From the IMG/VR virus record IMGVR_UViG_3300023283_000071, positions 1 to 58,914 of that record: 58,914 bases of DNA; one strand, written 5' to 3'. The translations under genes and the position numbers were made by a program. Below are positions 49,538 through 58,348 of this stretch, one piece after another (the first letter of the stretch is position 1; each line of letters starts with the position of its first letter). The notes beneath the pieces were generated by a model, which did no database searches, was not told the origin of the DNA, and worked only from the letters and a program-made list of their open reading frames with translations. The DNA comes from a virus.

Positions 49538-51018
49538 TGCAGAAGAACACCGCCGGCAAGTGGATCGTGTTCGCCTTCGAGGACGAGGGCGGGACGAATC
49601 CGGGTGAGCCCGTCACGGGCGATGCCGCGAACATCACCGCCGACGTGCACATAGACGGCGCCGCGGCGAACGCGGTCGATGATACAAACCCCGCGGAGCT
49701 GGCGGGCGGGTACTACATCTTCGACATCACCGCGGCCGAGGCGAACGGCGACAACATCGTCCTCGTCCCGACGAGCGCGACCGCGAACGTGAACGTCATC
49801 GGCGTGCCGGGCGCGCTCTACACGACGCCGGCGAACTTCCCGGACATGGACATCCTAGCGACCGGAGAGGTGGGACTGGACTTCGACAACGTCGCGGGAA
49901 CTCTCACGAACGCCAACCTCGCGTTCATCGACGTGAACGACCGGATTGACGCTAACGTGGAGCTGTGGCTCGGCTCGGCTCCTGCTGCGCTCGCGGATAC
50001 TGATAAGGTCCAGACGAGCATCCAGCACGACGGCATCGGGGTGGCTCTCGCCGCAAACCTGACGACCGTACTGAACCGAATCGGCTCGTTCACGGGCTCC
50101 GGAGTCAACACGATCCTCGGCTTCCTTCAGGCTCTCATGCGCAAGGACGTGGCAACCCCGTCCGACGTCGGAGGCACCTACGACGATGCCACCGATTCCC
50201 TAGAGGCGCTAAGGGACCAGGGAGACTCTGCCTGGATCACCGCCACGGGGTTCTCCACGCACACCGCCGCGGGCGTTCGCACGGAGATGGACGCGAACAG
50301 CACGCAGCTCGCCGCCATCGTGGCAGACACGGGAGAGCTTCAAGGGGATTGGGTGGACGGTGGCAGGCTCGATCTGATCCTCGACGCGCGCGCCAGCCAA
50401 GCGTCCGTGGATGCACTCAACGATCTCAGCACCGCGGACGTGAAGGGACAGGCGGATCAGGCGCTCGTGGACATCCACCTGGACCACCTGTTCGCAGCGG
50501 ACTACGACCCGGCGACCCCGCCCGGGGTCGCGACCGCATGGGCCAACGAGCTCGTGGAGAGCGACGCCGGGGTCACGAGGTTCACGGCCAACGCGCTCGA
50601 GTCGTACTTCCTGACGGCCCTGCCGGGCGGCTCAACCGCGGGATCGCCGGCGGATGTCCTCGAGACGCTGGATGCCAAGTTCCCGACCGGAAACATCGGG
50701 GATCAGTCCACGCTCGACCAGATTGCTGCCGACCTGCCCAACATCTTCACGAAGAACACGGCGTTCTCCAATTTCGCGTTTCTGATGATCGATTCTGCCG
50801 ACGACATCAGCCCGAAAACGGGACTCACGGTCAGCGGCGAGGTGTCCATCGACGGGGCGGCGTTCTCCGGGCTGTCGAACGCCATTACCGAGATCGGAAA
50901 CGGGTGGTATAAGGTGGACATCACGGCGGCCGAACTGAACGGGGATTCGATCGTTCTGAGGTTCACGTCGGCCGGGGCCAATGATCGTGGGTTCGCCATA
51001 TACCCGCAGCCGTCATGA
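49537..51018 (+). CDS. Tail fibre-like protein with homologous N- and C-terminal domains
   Basis: N-terminal GYYIFDITAAEANGDNIVLVPTSA against C-terminal GWYKVDITAAELNGDSIVLRFTSA. The middle is Ala/Asp/Thr/Gly-rich. Confidence 0.5.
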   Translation: MQKNTAGKWIVFAFEDEGGTNPGEPVTGDAANITADVHIDGAAANAVDDTNPAELAGGYYIFDITAAEANGDNIVLVPTSATANVNVIGVPGALYTTPANFPDMDILATGEVGLDFDNVAGTLTNANLAFIDVNDRIDANVELWLGSAPAALADTDKVQTSIQHDGIGVALAANLTTVLNRIGSFTGSGVNTILGFLQALMRKDVATPSDVGGTYDDATDSLEALRDQGDSAWITATGFSTHTAAGVRTEMDANSTQLAAIVADTGELQGDWVDGGRLDLILDARASQASVDALNDLSTADVKGQADQALVDIHLDHLFAADYDPATPPGVATAWANELVESDAGVTRFTANALESYFLTALPGGSTAGSPADVLETLDAKFPTGNIGDQSTLDQIAADLPNIFTKNTAFSNFAFLMIDSADDISPKTGLTVSGEVSIDGAAFSGLSNAITEIGNGWYKVDITAAELNGDSIVLRFTSAGANDRGFAIYPQPS

Positions 51019-51076
51019 TCATCGACCAGACAACGAACGGCGCTTTCGACCAGCACCCGACGTGCTTTTCGACGGG

Positions 51077-51922
51077 ATGGATCTGGACGTGGACCATGGC
51101 TTCATCTGGAGCGGTGACGGAGGTGGTGCGGCGCATCACCAGCCTGCCGATACTCAGGCATTGAGATTCCCGACCATTCTCACGCTGCGCAAGTCGCCGT
51201 TCGACTTGCCGTCCATCCAGGCTCTGTACAACTTCTGGAGCCAGAAGACCCTGTTCGAGGACACGGCGTTCACGACTCCAGTAAGCGGAGACGGTTCCGC
51301 CGTGGCCGGCGTCAGGGACTTGTCCGGGCGAGGAAATCACCTGACGCAGGCGACGGCGGGGGCCCGGCCGACGTTCAAGCAGGGGCAGGTCGACGGGTTG
51401 CACGTCGCTCGGTTCACGACGGACGACTACCTGATCGGGAACGGCCTCGCCGCCACCTTCACCGGGAACGACGCTCCCTGGACCGTCTTCACGGTGGTCC
51501 AGAAGGCATCGAACGTCGCGAACGATTCGCTGTGGTGCGCCGGGAACTCCGGGGACGACAACGAGTACCAGCACACCCGCACGAACGGGACGCCGAACTA
51601 CGTCGTGTTCAGGGCCGGTGGTCCCGGCGATACCGCGAACGGTGCTGGCGGAACGCCGGATACGAGCGTGCACGTCATTGAGGAGGTGTTCTCCGGAACC
51701 ACCCACACGCTGATGGTGGACGGGTCCGCCGTTTTGGACGATATCCCCCTCGACGTCGGAGAAATGACCGTGGATCAGTTCGCCCTCGGTGCGCGGTTCC
51801 GCACCACCGTAGACCTGTTCCTCGAGGGAGATCTCCTTCACTTCTCGGCCTTCGCCGGGGTGCTCTCCCCCGGTCGCCGAGAGGACATCCGCGGCGAGCT
51901 GCTGAGCTGGATCGGAGCCTGA
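51077..51922 (+). CDS. Tail-associated protein with a concanavalin/LamG-like lectin-domain pattern (start unresolved)
   Basis: SGRGNHLTQATAGARPTF...ARFTTDDYL...WTVFTVV...HVIEEVFSGTTHTLMVDG...LGARF. An ATGA-coupled ATG at 51015 opens a 57-codon ORF in a different frame, and a T4 run lies at 51066-51069. Confidence 0.45.
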   Translation: MDLDVDHGFIWSGDGGGAAHHQPADTQALRFPTILTLRKSPFDLPSIQALYNFWSQKTLFEDTAFTTPVSGDGSAVAGVRDLSGRGNHLTQATAGARPTFKQGQVDGLHVARFTTDDYLIGNGLAATFTGNDAPWTVFTVVQKASNVANDSLWCAGNSGDDNEYQHTRTNGTPNYVVFRAGGPGDTANGAGGTPDTSVHVIEEVFSGTTHTLMVDGSAVLDDIPLDVGEMTVDQFALGARFRTTVDLFLEGDLLHFSAFAGVLSPGRREDIRGELLSWIGA

Positions 51923-51923
51923 C

Positions 51924-53297
51924 ATGAGTGGCGAAATATTCACCAACCTGGCAGAAACGACGCTATCCGGCGCCATCGGCGCCGGGGCGACCTCTCTCAC
52001 CGTCGCTGATGGTTCCGACTTCCCGAGCCCGGGCGCCGGGGAGTATTTCATGTGCATTCTGGTCAAGAAGGCGACCGGGGCACACGAGTTGATCAAGGTT
52101 ACAGCCCGGACCAGTAACTCGTTCGATACGGTGGTTCGCGCGCAGGAAGGTTCATCCGCAATCGCGTTCGACGATGGCGACATAGTGGAGCACCGTCCGA
52201 CTGCCGCGAGCTTCACTCGTCGCGCCTCGAAGGACGACATCCAGCAGGACGGGCCAAACTTCGTGGTGGCGGGCGGGTCTGCGGATGTTATCACCGTCAC
52301 TTTCGACCCGGTTCCTACCGCGCTCGCGGACGGGCACCGTGCAAGCGTGCAGATCGCCTCCGACAACGCCGGCCCTGTGACTCTGAATCCGAACAGCCTC
52401 GGGGCAAACAACATCAAGCACCTCGACGGCTCATGGCTTGCTCCGAACGACCTCAAGGCGGGGATGATTGCAGATTTCCGGTACGAGCTTGGGGCTACGA
52501 CCTGGTACCTGTGCAACCCCGCCCCAGGCTCGATCGCTTTCCTGTCGCGAGGGCAAATCGACGGGTTGGAAGTGACATTCAACGCGACCGATCCGGATCA
52601 TGATCTCGACATCTCGGTAGGGCAGGCCAGAAGCGATTCAGACGACAAGGCGGCACGTCTTTCGTCGGCCATTACAAAGCAGATGGACGCCGCATTCGCC
52701 GCCGGCGACGCCGCCGGAGGTCTCGGAGATACTGTTTCGTTACCTACGGACGGCACGCTTCACGTGTTCCTCATCCAGAACACGAGCACGGGAGCAGTGG
52801 ACGTCATGGGCGACACAGATGTTGCGGGAAGTAACGTCCCGTCCGGATGGGAAGTGATCCGCAGGATAGCGTCTCGGCCTACCGATGCGAGCGGGAACTT
52901 GAAGAAGGTCCGCCAGTTCGGAGATTTGAGCGAGTACGATACCCCTCAGATCGGTGACGAGATTAAGGGGCCTTCGACCTCGGCCACTCTGGAGACCTTG
53001 AAGGTTCCGTCGGGTATCGTGCTCGAGGCTCAGATCACGATCATGATGAATCCGGACGGCAGGGAGTTTGCCTACATCACGTCTCCAGATCAGGCGGACG
53101 TGGCGCCGGTTGATGACGACAACGATCCGGTGTGGAACTTAACTAGTGACCACACGATCGACAGATGGACGTCGTTCGATCGAATACTCCGCACGAACAG
53201 TTCCGGTCAGATCCGCTATCGATTCGCGTCCACAGATCCGCAAACCAGGCTGCGATTTCAGGTCAATGGCTGGTGGGACCGTAGAGGGAGAGAGTAG
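51924..53297 (+). CDS. Tail fibre-like protein
   Basis: 457 aa in the tail module. No enzymatic motif seen. Confidence 0.45.
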   Translation: MSGEIFTNLAETTLSGAIGAGATSLTVADGSDFPSPGAGEYFMCILVKKATGAHELIKVTARTSNSFDTVVRAQEGSSAIAFDDGDIVEHRPTAASFTRRASKDDIQQDGPNFVVAGGSADVITVTFDPVPTALADGHRASVQIASDNAGPVTLNPNSLGANNIKHLDGSWLAPNDLKAGMIADFRYELGATTWYLCNPAPGSIAFLSRGQIDGLEVTFNATDPDHDLDISVGQARSDSDDKAARLSSAITKQMDAAFAAGDAAGGLGDTVSLPTDGTLHVFLIQNTSTGAVDVMGDTDVAGSNVPSGWEVIRRIASRPTDASGNLKKVRQFGDLSEYDTPQIGDEIKGPSTSATLETLKVPSGIVLEAQITIMMNPDGREFAYITSPDQADVAPVDDDNDPVWNLTSDHTIDRWTSFDRILRTNSSGQIRYRFASTDPQTRLRFQVNGWWDRRGRE

Positions 53298-55357
53298 TGT
53301 ATCTGCTCATTCCGCGCTTCAACGGCATGATCCCTGAACTGGCGATACGCCAGCTCGGAGGGACCCACGCTCAGAAGGCGCAGAACTGCGCGATCTATTC
53401 GGGAGACATCCGGAGTGTGAGAAAGCCGCTTCAGCTCGAGGTCCCCGCGAAAACGGGAACGAAGCGAAGCATCTATCCGCTCGAAGACACGGACGGGACA
53501 TTCGTGTGGGCACATTGGACGGACGAAGTGGACGTCGTCCCTACCCCGGTGGCGCTGATCACGGATGGTCGGCTGCACTACACGGGGCACTACAACCCGA
53601 AGTCAACTAATCTCTCACTTGCGAAGACTGGCGGGTCGGAGTATCCGGAGTCGTACTACCGACTCGGGTTGCCTGCGCCCATCGACGGGCCGAGCATCGC
53701 TGTAACTGGAGGCTCTGCTGCGAACGTTACGAGAAGCTACGTCTACACGTTCGTCACCGAATGGGGCGAGGAGGGCCCTCCGAGCCCGGCAACGGAGTTC
53801 ACGGGCAAGGAAGACGGCTCATGGGATCTGTCCGCGATGGACGCGAACCCATCGAACTCCATCTCTATCTCGAATATCACGCACGCCTCCGGGGAGGCGA
53901 CGATCGATCTGTCCGCGGATCATCACGCCGAGGCAGGTGAATACTGGTCATTTTCGGGCATCGGGGGCGCCACGGAACTGAACGGGCAGACTCTCGCCAT
54001 TTCAGAAGTTGTCGATCGCGACTCGTTCAAGGTGGAGATCACTTCTATCACCGCTTACACCTCCGGCGGAACGGCCGCCAGAGAAGCGGAGATCAACGGC
54101 ACCAGCATGCTGCGGAGGATCTATCGCACGGACGCCAACGGCGCGTTCAAGCTGGTAGCGGACGAGTCCAGCACCTCGTACAGCGACACCAAGGCGGATG
54201 AGGATCTCGGTGAGACCCTGCCGAGCGCGGACTGGGGAGCGCCCCCGGGGGACCTTCATTCTCTGGTCCTCCACCCTGACGGGTTCCTGGTCGGTTTGTC
54301 GAAGAACACGATCAGATTCTCGGAGCCTTACCGCCCGTGGGCATGGCCGGAGGCGTACGAGCTTTCCATGGACTTCTCCGGAGTCGGCCTGGGGGTGTGG
54401 GGAGACAACATCGTCGTTCCCACGACCGCAATCCCCTACCTAGTGAGCGGCACCCACCCTGCGAATGTTTCGCTTGACCAGTTGGAATACCACCAGTCAT
54501 GCGTATCGAAGGAGTCGATCGTCGGCCTTCAGTCTGGCGTCATGTACGCTTCTCCGGATGGTCTGGTGGTGGTAGACGGCGGCGGGGTTCGTCTGATCAC
54601 CGAGGAGCTGATGGAAAAGCGGGAGTGGGATCGATACAACCCATCCAGTATCCGTGGGTCCACTTACGACGAGCGGTACTATGGGTTCTATGAGAATGTC
54701 GGCGATGCTGGCGACGAGAACGGGTACTTCGTGTTCGACCCGAAACAGCCCGGTGCCGAGTGGAGGGTGGGAGGCACGCACGCGACAGCGGTTCACCAGG
54801 ATCGCGAGGCCGATGCGCTTTATCTGATGGTGGGCAATTCCATCAAGCAATTCGATGCCGGTGGCGGTGAGGAGCAGGCGTTCTGGCGTTCCAAGCGTTT
54901 CGTGCTTCACCGTCCAGTTGCGTTCTCGGCTGGCAAAGTGAAGGTTACGTTCACCACCGATGTCACGCAGGCAGAAGCAGACTCCGCTGCTACGGCGGCG
55001 ATTGCCGAGGTGGACTCGAAGAAAGCAACCTACGAGATCACTACCAGCGGGGCGCTGGCTGGCGCCGCTCTCGGCAAGTACACGGTGGCGGGAGGCCCGT
55101 ACATGGAAGCCGTTTCTGACACCCCCTCGGAAGGCTTTATCTGCCAGGTGCAGATCTACGCTAAAAAGCAGGATGATGACGGAGACGATCTGACGTTGGT
55201 GCACAAGGAAGATGTCTCCAGCCATCGGCCGTTCAGGATCCCGACGACCTTCAAATCGGACGAATGGGAGCTCTGGATCAGCTCCCAGAACGCGCACGTT
55301 CACAGCGCGGTTCTTGCGACCAGCATCGGTGAGATCGCACAACTGGAGGCGGCCTGA
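53297..55357 (+). CDS. Large virion or tail structural protein (nozzle or tubular-type candidate)
   Basis: 686 aa. Contains YVYTFVTEWGEEGPPSP. Assigned by position and size only. Confidence 0.45.
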   Translation: MYLLIPRFNGMIPELAIRQLGGTHAQKAQNCAIYSGDIRSVRKPLQLEVPAKTGTKRSIYPLEDTDGTFVWAHWTDEVDVVPTPVALITDGRLHYTGHYNPKSTNLSLAKTGGSEYPESYYRLGLPAPIDGPSIAVTGGSAANVTRSYVYTFVTEWGEEGPPSPATEFTGKEDGSWDLSAMDANPSNSISISNITHASGEATIDLSADHHAEAGEYWSFSGIGGATELNGQTLAISEVVDRDSFKVEITSITAYTSGGTAAREAEINGTSMLRRIYRTDANGAFKLVADESSTSYSDTKADEDLGETLPSADWGAPPGDLHSLVLHPDGFLVGLSKNTIRFSEPYRPWAWPEAYELSMDFSGVGLGVWGDNIVVPTTAIPYLVSGTHPANVSLDQLEYHQSCVSKESIVGLQSGVMYASPDGLVVVDGGGVRLITEELMEKREWDRYNPSSIRGSTYDERYYGFYENVGDAGDENGYFVFDPKQPGAEWRVGGTHATAVHQDREADALYLMVGNSIKQFDAGGGEEQAFWRSKRFVLHRPVAFSAGKVKVTFTTDVTQAEADSAATAAIAEVDSKKATYEITTSGALAGAALGKYTVAGGPYMEAVSDTPSEGFICQVQIYAKKQDDDGDDLTLVHKEDVSSHRPFRIPTTFKSDEWELWISSQNAHVHSAVLATSIGEIAQLEAA

Positions 55358-55551
55358 TGGCGAGGAAGCCTCCGGTACCCAGAGTCCCCAGGGTCGGCGG
55401 TGATCTGGAACGATTCCTGCGCGTCCTGAAGGAGCGCGCGGAGATTGAAGACGGTCTCCGATCCGAGGACGACATGAAGCCCACGCGGCAGCAGATGGTC
55501 GATGCGGCGGTGACGAACGCGAGTTCGATTACAGGGCCGAAAAATGGATGA
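55357..55551 (+). CDS. Hypothetical small protein
   Basis: Start at 55357 shares one nt with the upstream TGA (TGATG). Confidence 0.5.
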   Translation: MARKPPVPRVPRVGGDLERFLRVLKERAEIEDGLRSEDDMKPTRQQMVDAAVTNASSITGPKNG

Positions 55552-55993
55552 TGAGAGTGCCCTGCTCAGGCGATGGCTTCGTGGCGATGAAGCGGCCATC
55601 CATTTCGTCGAGAGCTTCCTCGCCGCGGTGCACCTGTGGGACGATCTTTGGGATCAAGACTCTGACATCTCGCGAGAGCACGCGGACGGGGTATTCTACG
55701 CGCTCGTAGTGGGGCTTCCGGCCAATCCGTTCTGGCGGGAACATCAATCAGTGTTACACCCGGTGATCGCCGCGGCAGTCCAAGACTGGTGGACGGCGAA
55801 TGTCCTCGAGGATGGGGAGATGGAGAATGACCGCCAGATCTCCTATGTTCTGAGGTGCTCGGTTCTGTCCGTGGTGGTGACTGCGGCGGCGATCGTCGGA
55901 GGAGCGGGGTGGGCCAGGAAGGTCGGCCCCGAGATCTGGCGCTACGGAGTTCGGCAGACGTTCGACGAATACGTGGAGGAGCTAGATGCCTGA
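55544..55993 (+). CDS. Hypothetical protein
   Basis: 149-codon ORF overlapping both neighbours by 8 nt. Confidence 0.5.
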   Translation: MDDESALLRRWLRGDEAAIHFVESFLAAVHLWDDLWDQDSDISREHADGVFYALVVGLPANPFWREHQSVLHPVIAAAVQDWWTANVLEDGEMENDRQISYVLRCSVLSVVVTAAAIVGGAGWARKVGPEIWRYGVRQTFDEYVEELDA

Positions 55994-57107
55994 CATCGGC
56001 ACGGGGATTCAGGGCGCGAGCCTCGTCAGCAGTTTCGTCGCCGGAGACGAAGCCGACGAGCAGCTCGGAGCAGCCATCGGCACCGGCGAAGCTCAGAGAG
56101 CCGCCGCCGGCAAGGCTATGGCCCAGGGGGATCGACTGTGGGCGCTGTGGGAGGAAAACTACCTCCCCGTGGCTCGAAAGGAGCTGGATGCGACCAGGCG
56201 TCTGGTCGGACTTCGCGAGAAGACCACGGGTGATATGTTGCTCGGGATGCGCCGCGATCGGCGCATGTGGGAGAGGCACGGGTACCCCATGATGCAGCAG
56301 CTACGGACGGCCGCGGAACAGGGGCCGGAAGATCGTTTCGACGCCGTTCGTCGCGAGGCCGCCGCCGACGTGAACCGCGCCTATGATACGGAGGCTGGTC
56401 GCCTCGATCGCGAATACAGCCGCTATGGCGTCGATCCGGCGTCGGGGCGCGGGGCCGCCGGCCGCCGGGAAATAGATCTCTCGCGCGCTGGAGCACGTGC
56501 GAGCCAGGTGAATCGCGCCGGTGAGGCCGAGCGGGTGCGCCAGGAGCAGGCGCGGATTGACTATCCCGCCCGGGCGCTCGCCGCGTTCGCCGGCATCCGA
56601 CCTGCTTCCGCGCCGGGCGTCATCACCTCACCGACGCACGTAGCGCCGTCGTCCTCGACGGCGGCGTACAGTGCCGCCGGCCAGCTCTACGGTGGCGCAG
56701 GGGGTACTTTCTCAGCCGCTGCCGACCAGTACCGCACCGCCGCGGGCGATTTGGCTCGGTTCGCGTTCGACAACCCGATTGGGGGCGGGGCGTTCTCATC
56801 GCCGGAGACGCGCGCTGGAGTTCAGCAATCGTTCCCGGGCGGCGCTCGCTCGTCCGGCAGCATCTTCAACTACTCCGACGTGCACGGTTTTGCGGCCGGT
56901 GGCATGGTTGATGTGGGGGCCGGGATACGACGCGCTGATGGACCTGGCACGGGCGTCAGCGACTCAATCCCCGTCAACGTCAATACCGATGCCGGCGTCG
57001 AGCAGGGAGCCATTTCCGATGGTGAGTACGTTGTTTCGTCCGACGTGGCGGACAAGATCATCCGGACCGCCATCATGAAGGCGGCCGGGATCGAGGAGGC
57101 GGCATGA
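55986..57107 (+). CDS. Internal virion or ejection-protein candidate
   Basis: 373 aa, Ala/Gly/Arg-rich, at the distal end of the structural module; position only. Confidence 0.4.
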   Translation: MPDIGTGIQGASLVSSFVAGDEADEQLGAAIGTGEAQRAAAGKAMAQGDRLWALWEENYLPVARKELDATRRLVGLREKTTGDMLLGMRRDRRMWERHGYPMMQQLRTAAEQGPEDRFDAVRREAAADVNRAYDTEAGRLDREYSRYGVDPASGRGAAGRREIDLSRAGARASQVNRAGEAERVRQEQARIDYPARALAAFAGIRPASAPGVITSPTHVAPSSSTAAYSAAGQLYGGAGGTFSAAADQYRTAAGDLARFAFDNPIGGGAFSSPETRAGVQQSFPGGARSSGSIFNYSDVHGFAAGGMVDVGAGIRRADGPGTGVSDSIPVNVNTDAGVEQGAISDGEYVVSSDVADKIIRTAIMKAAGIEEAA

Positions 57108-58348
57108 TCGGCACCTATGGTCTGAGCGGGATCACTGGCGGGATCGAGGAGGCCGCCGAGAACATCCGCACTCGTGAGCAGAAGGCGGCCGAAGAACAGC
57201 GGGCGCGCGAATCCCACGAGATGTCGCAGCGTCGAGGCGAGGTGGGCATCGAGGCGACCGAGCAGGCGATCGAGCATGCTGAGTCACAGGAGCGCCGATC
57301 TGGAGAGAAATTCGGCATCTACAAGGACGAGGCCCAGTACAAGAAGGACACCAGGAAGACCCCGGAGGAGGTCGAGTACGAGCGTGGGCTGGACATCCAG
57401 TCCAAGGAGCAGGGACTCGAGGAAGGCGGCCTGAAGATCGACGCCGCGAAGATTCGCCAACAGGGGGCTCGCCTGCAGCTCGAGAACGCCAAGCGAGAAG
57501 CCGAGATCGCCGAGCTTCTCCAGGGTGCCAAGACCGATGAAGCGCGGCTCGCCGCTGCTCAGAGGATCTCCGCCTTGCAGCGCGACATGTACGGCGAGAT
57601 ATATCAGATGTCGAAGTGGGACTCACGGTCAGCGGCGCGCATCTACAACGACATGATGGGGAACAAGGTCACGACGGCGGACGACGTCGTGATCGAGAAG
57701 AACGCGGACGGAGAGAAGGTTCTGCGCATCGTGGATGCTCAGGGCAACGTCGTCGTGGACCCAGATCACGGCCCTGCAGAGTGGAAGTACGACGAGGTCG
57801 AGAAGGCGTTTGGAGCAGGATCCTGGAGCCCGATCACGAAGGGGACCGAGGGGTTCTATCGTCAGGGGGCCGACGGCAAGCTGGAGGTACAGGATCTCCA
57901 GTCGATGAGCGTCAAGGGCGGCGGCGACGATCCCGCCACCGTGAAGGAAGCGACCGCCATCATGGAGCGGTTGAAGTCTCTCCCCGAGAATGCTCGCAAG
58001 GGCGAGGACGAGCTCTGGCTGGAGGCGTACGGGATCGCCACCACCAAGACCAGCACCAGCCCGGCCGATGCGATCGGCAAGTACGAGCAGGAGGTGATGA
58101 AGAAAGTCATGGAATACGTATGGGACGTCGAGGACCGGGGGAACGCGCAGACGATCGTCGACGACATGGTCAAGGCATTTCGAGATCGCTACTACCCCGA
58201 CTTTCGTCTGAAAGGGATCGACCAGCCATCGTCGGGCGTGCGTATAGGAACGAATCGACCACGCTACCAGAACCCGGAGACCGGCGAGATCGTGGAGTGG
58301 ACCGGCTCGGAGTACAAGAAGGTAGGCGGGATCGCGCAGGGCCGATGA
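57104..58348 (+). CDS. Internal virion or ejection-protein candidate (coiled coil)
   Basis: 414 aa with an E/K/Q/A-rich N-terminal half. It is coupled as ATGAATG to the giant ORF. Confidence 0.4.
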   Translation: MIGTYGLSGITGGIEEAAENIRTREQKAAEEQRARESHEMSQRRGEVGIEATEQAIEHAESQERRSGEKFGIYKDEAQYKKDTRKTPEEVEYERGLDIQSKEQGLEEGGLKIDAAKIRQQGARLQLENAKREAEIAELLQGAKTDEARLAAAQRISALQRDMYGEIYQMSKWDSRSAARIYNDMMGNKVTTADDVVIEKNADGEKVLRIVDAQGNVVVDPDHGPAEWKYDEVEKAFGAGSWSPITKGTEGFYRQGADGKLEVQDLQSMSVKGGGDDPATVKEATAIMERLKSLPENARKGEDELWLEAYGIATTKTSTSPADAIGKYEQEVMKKVMEYVWDVEDRGNAQTIVDDMVKAFRDRYYPDFRLKGIDQPSSGVRIGTNRPRYQNPETGEIVEWTGSEYKKVGGIAQGR

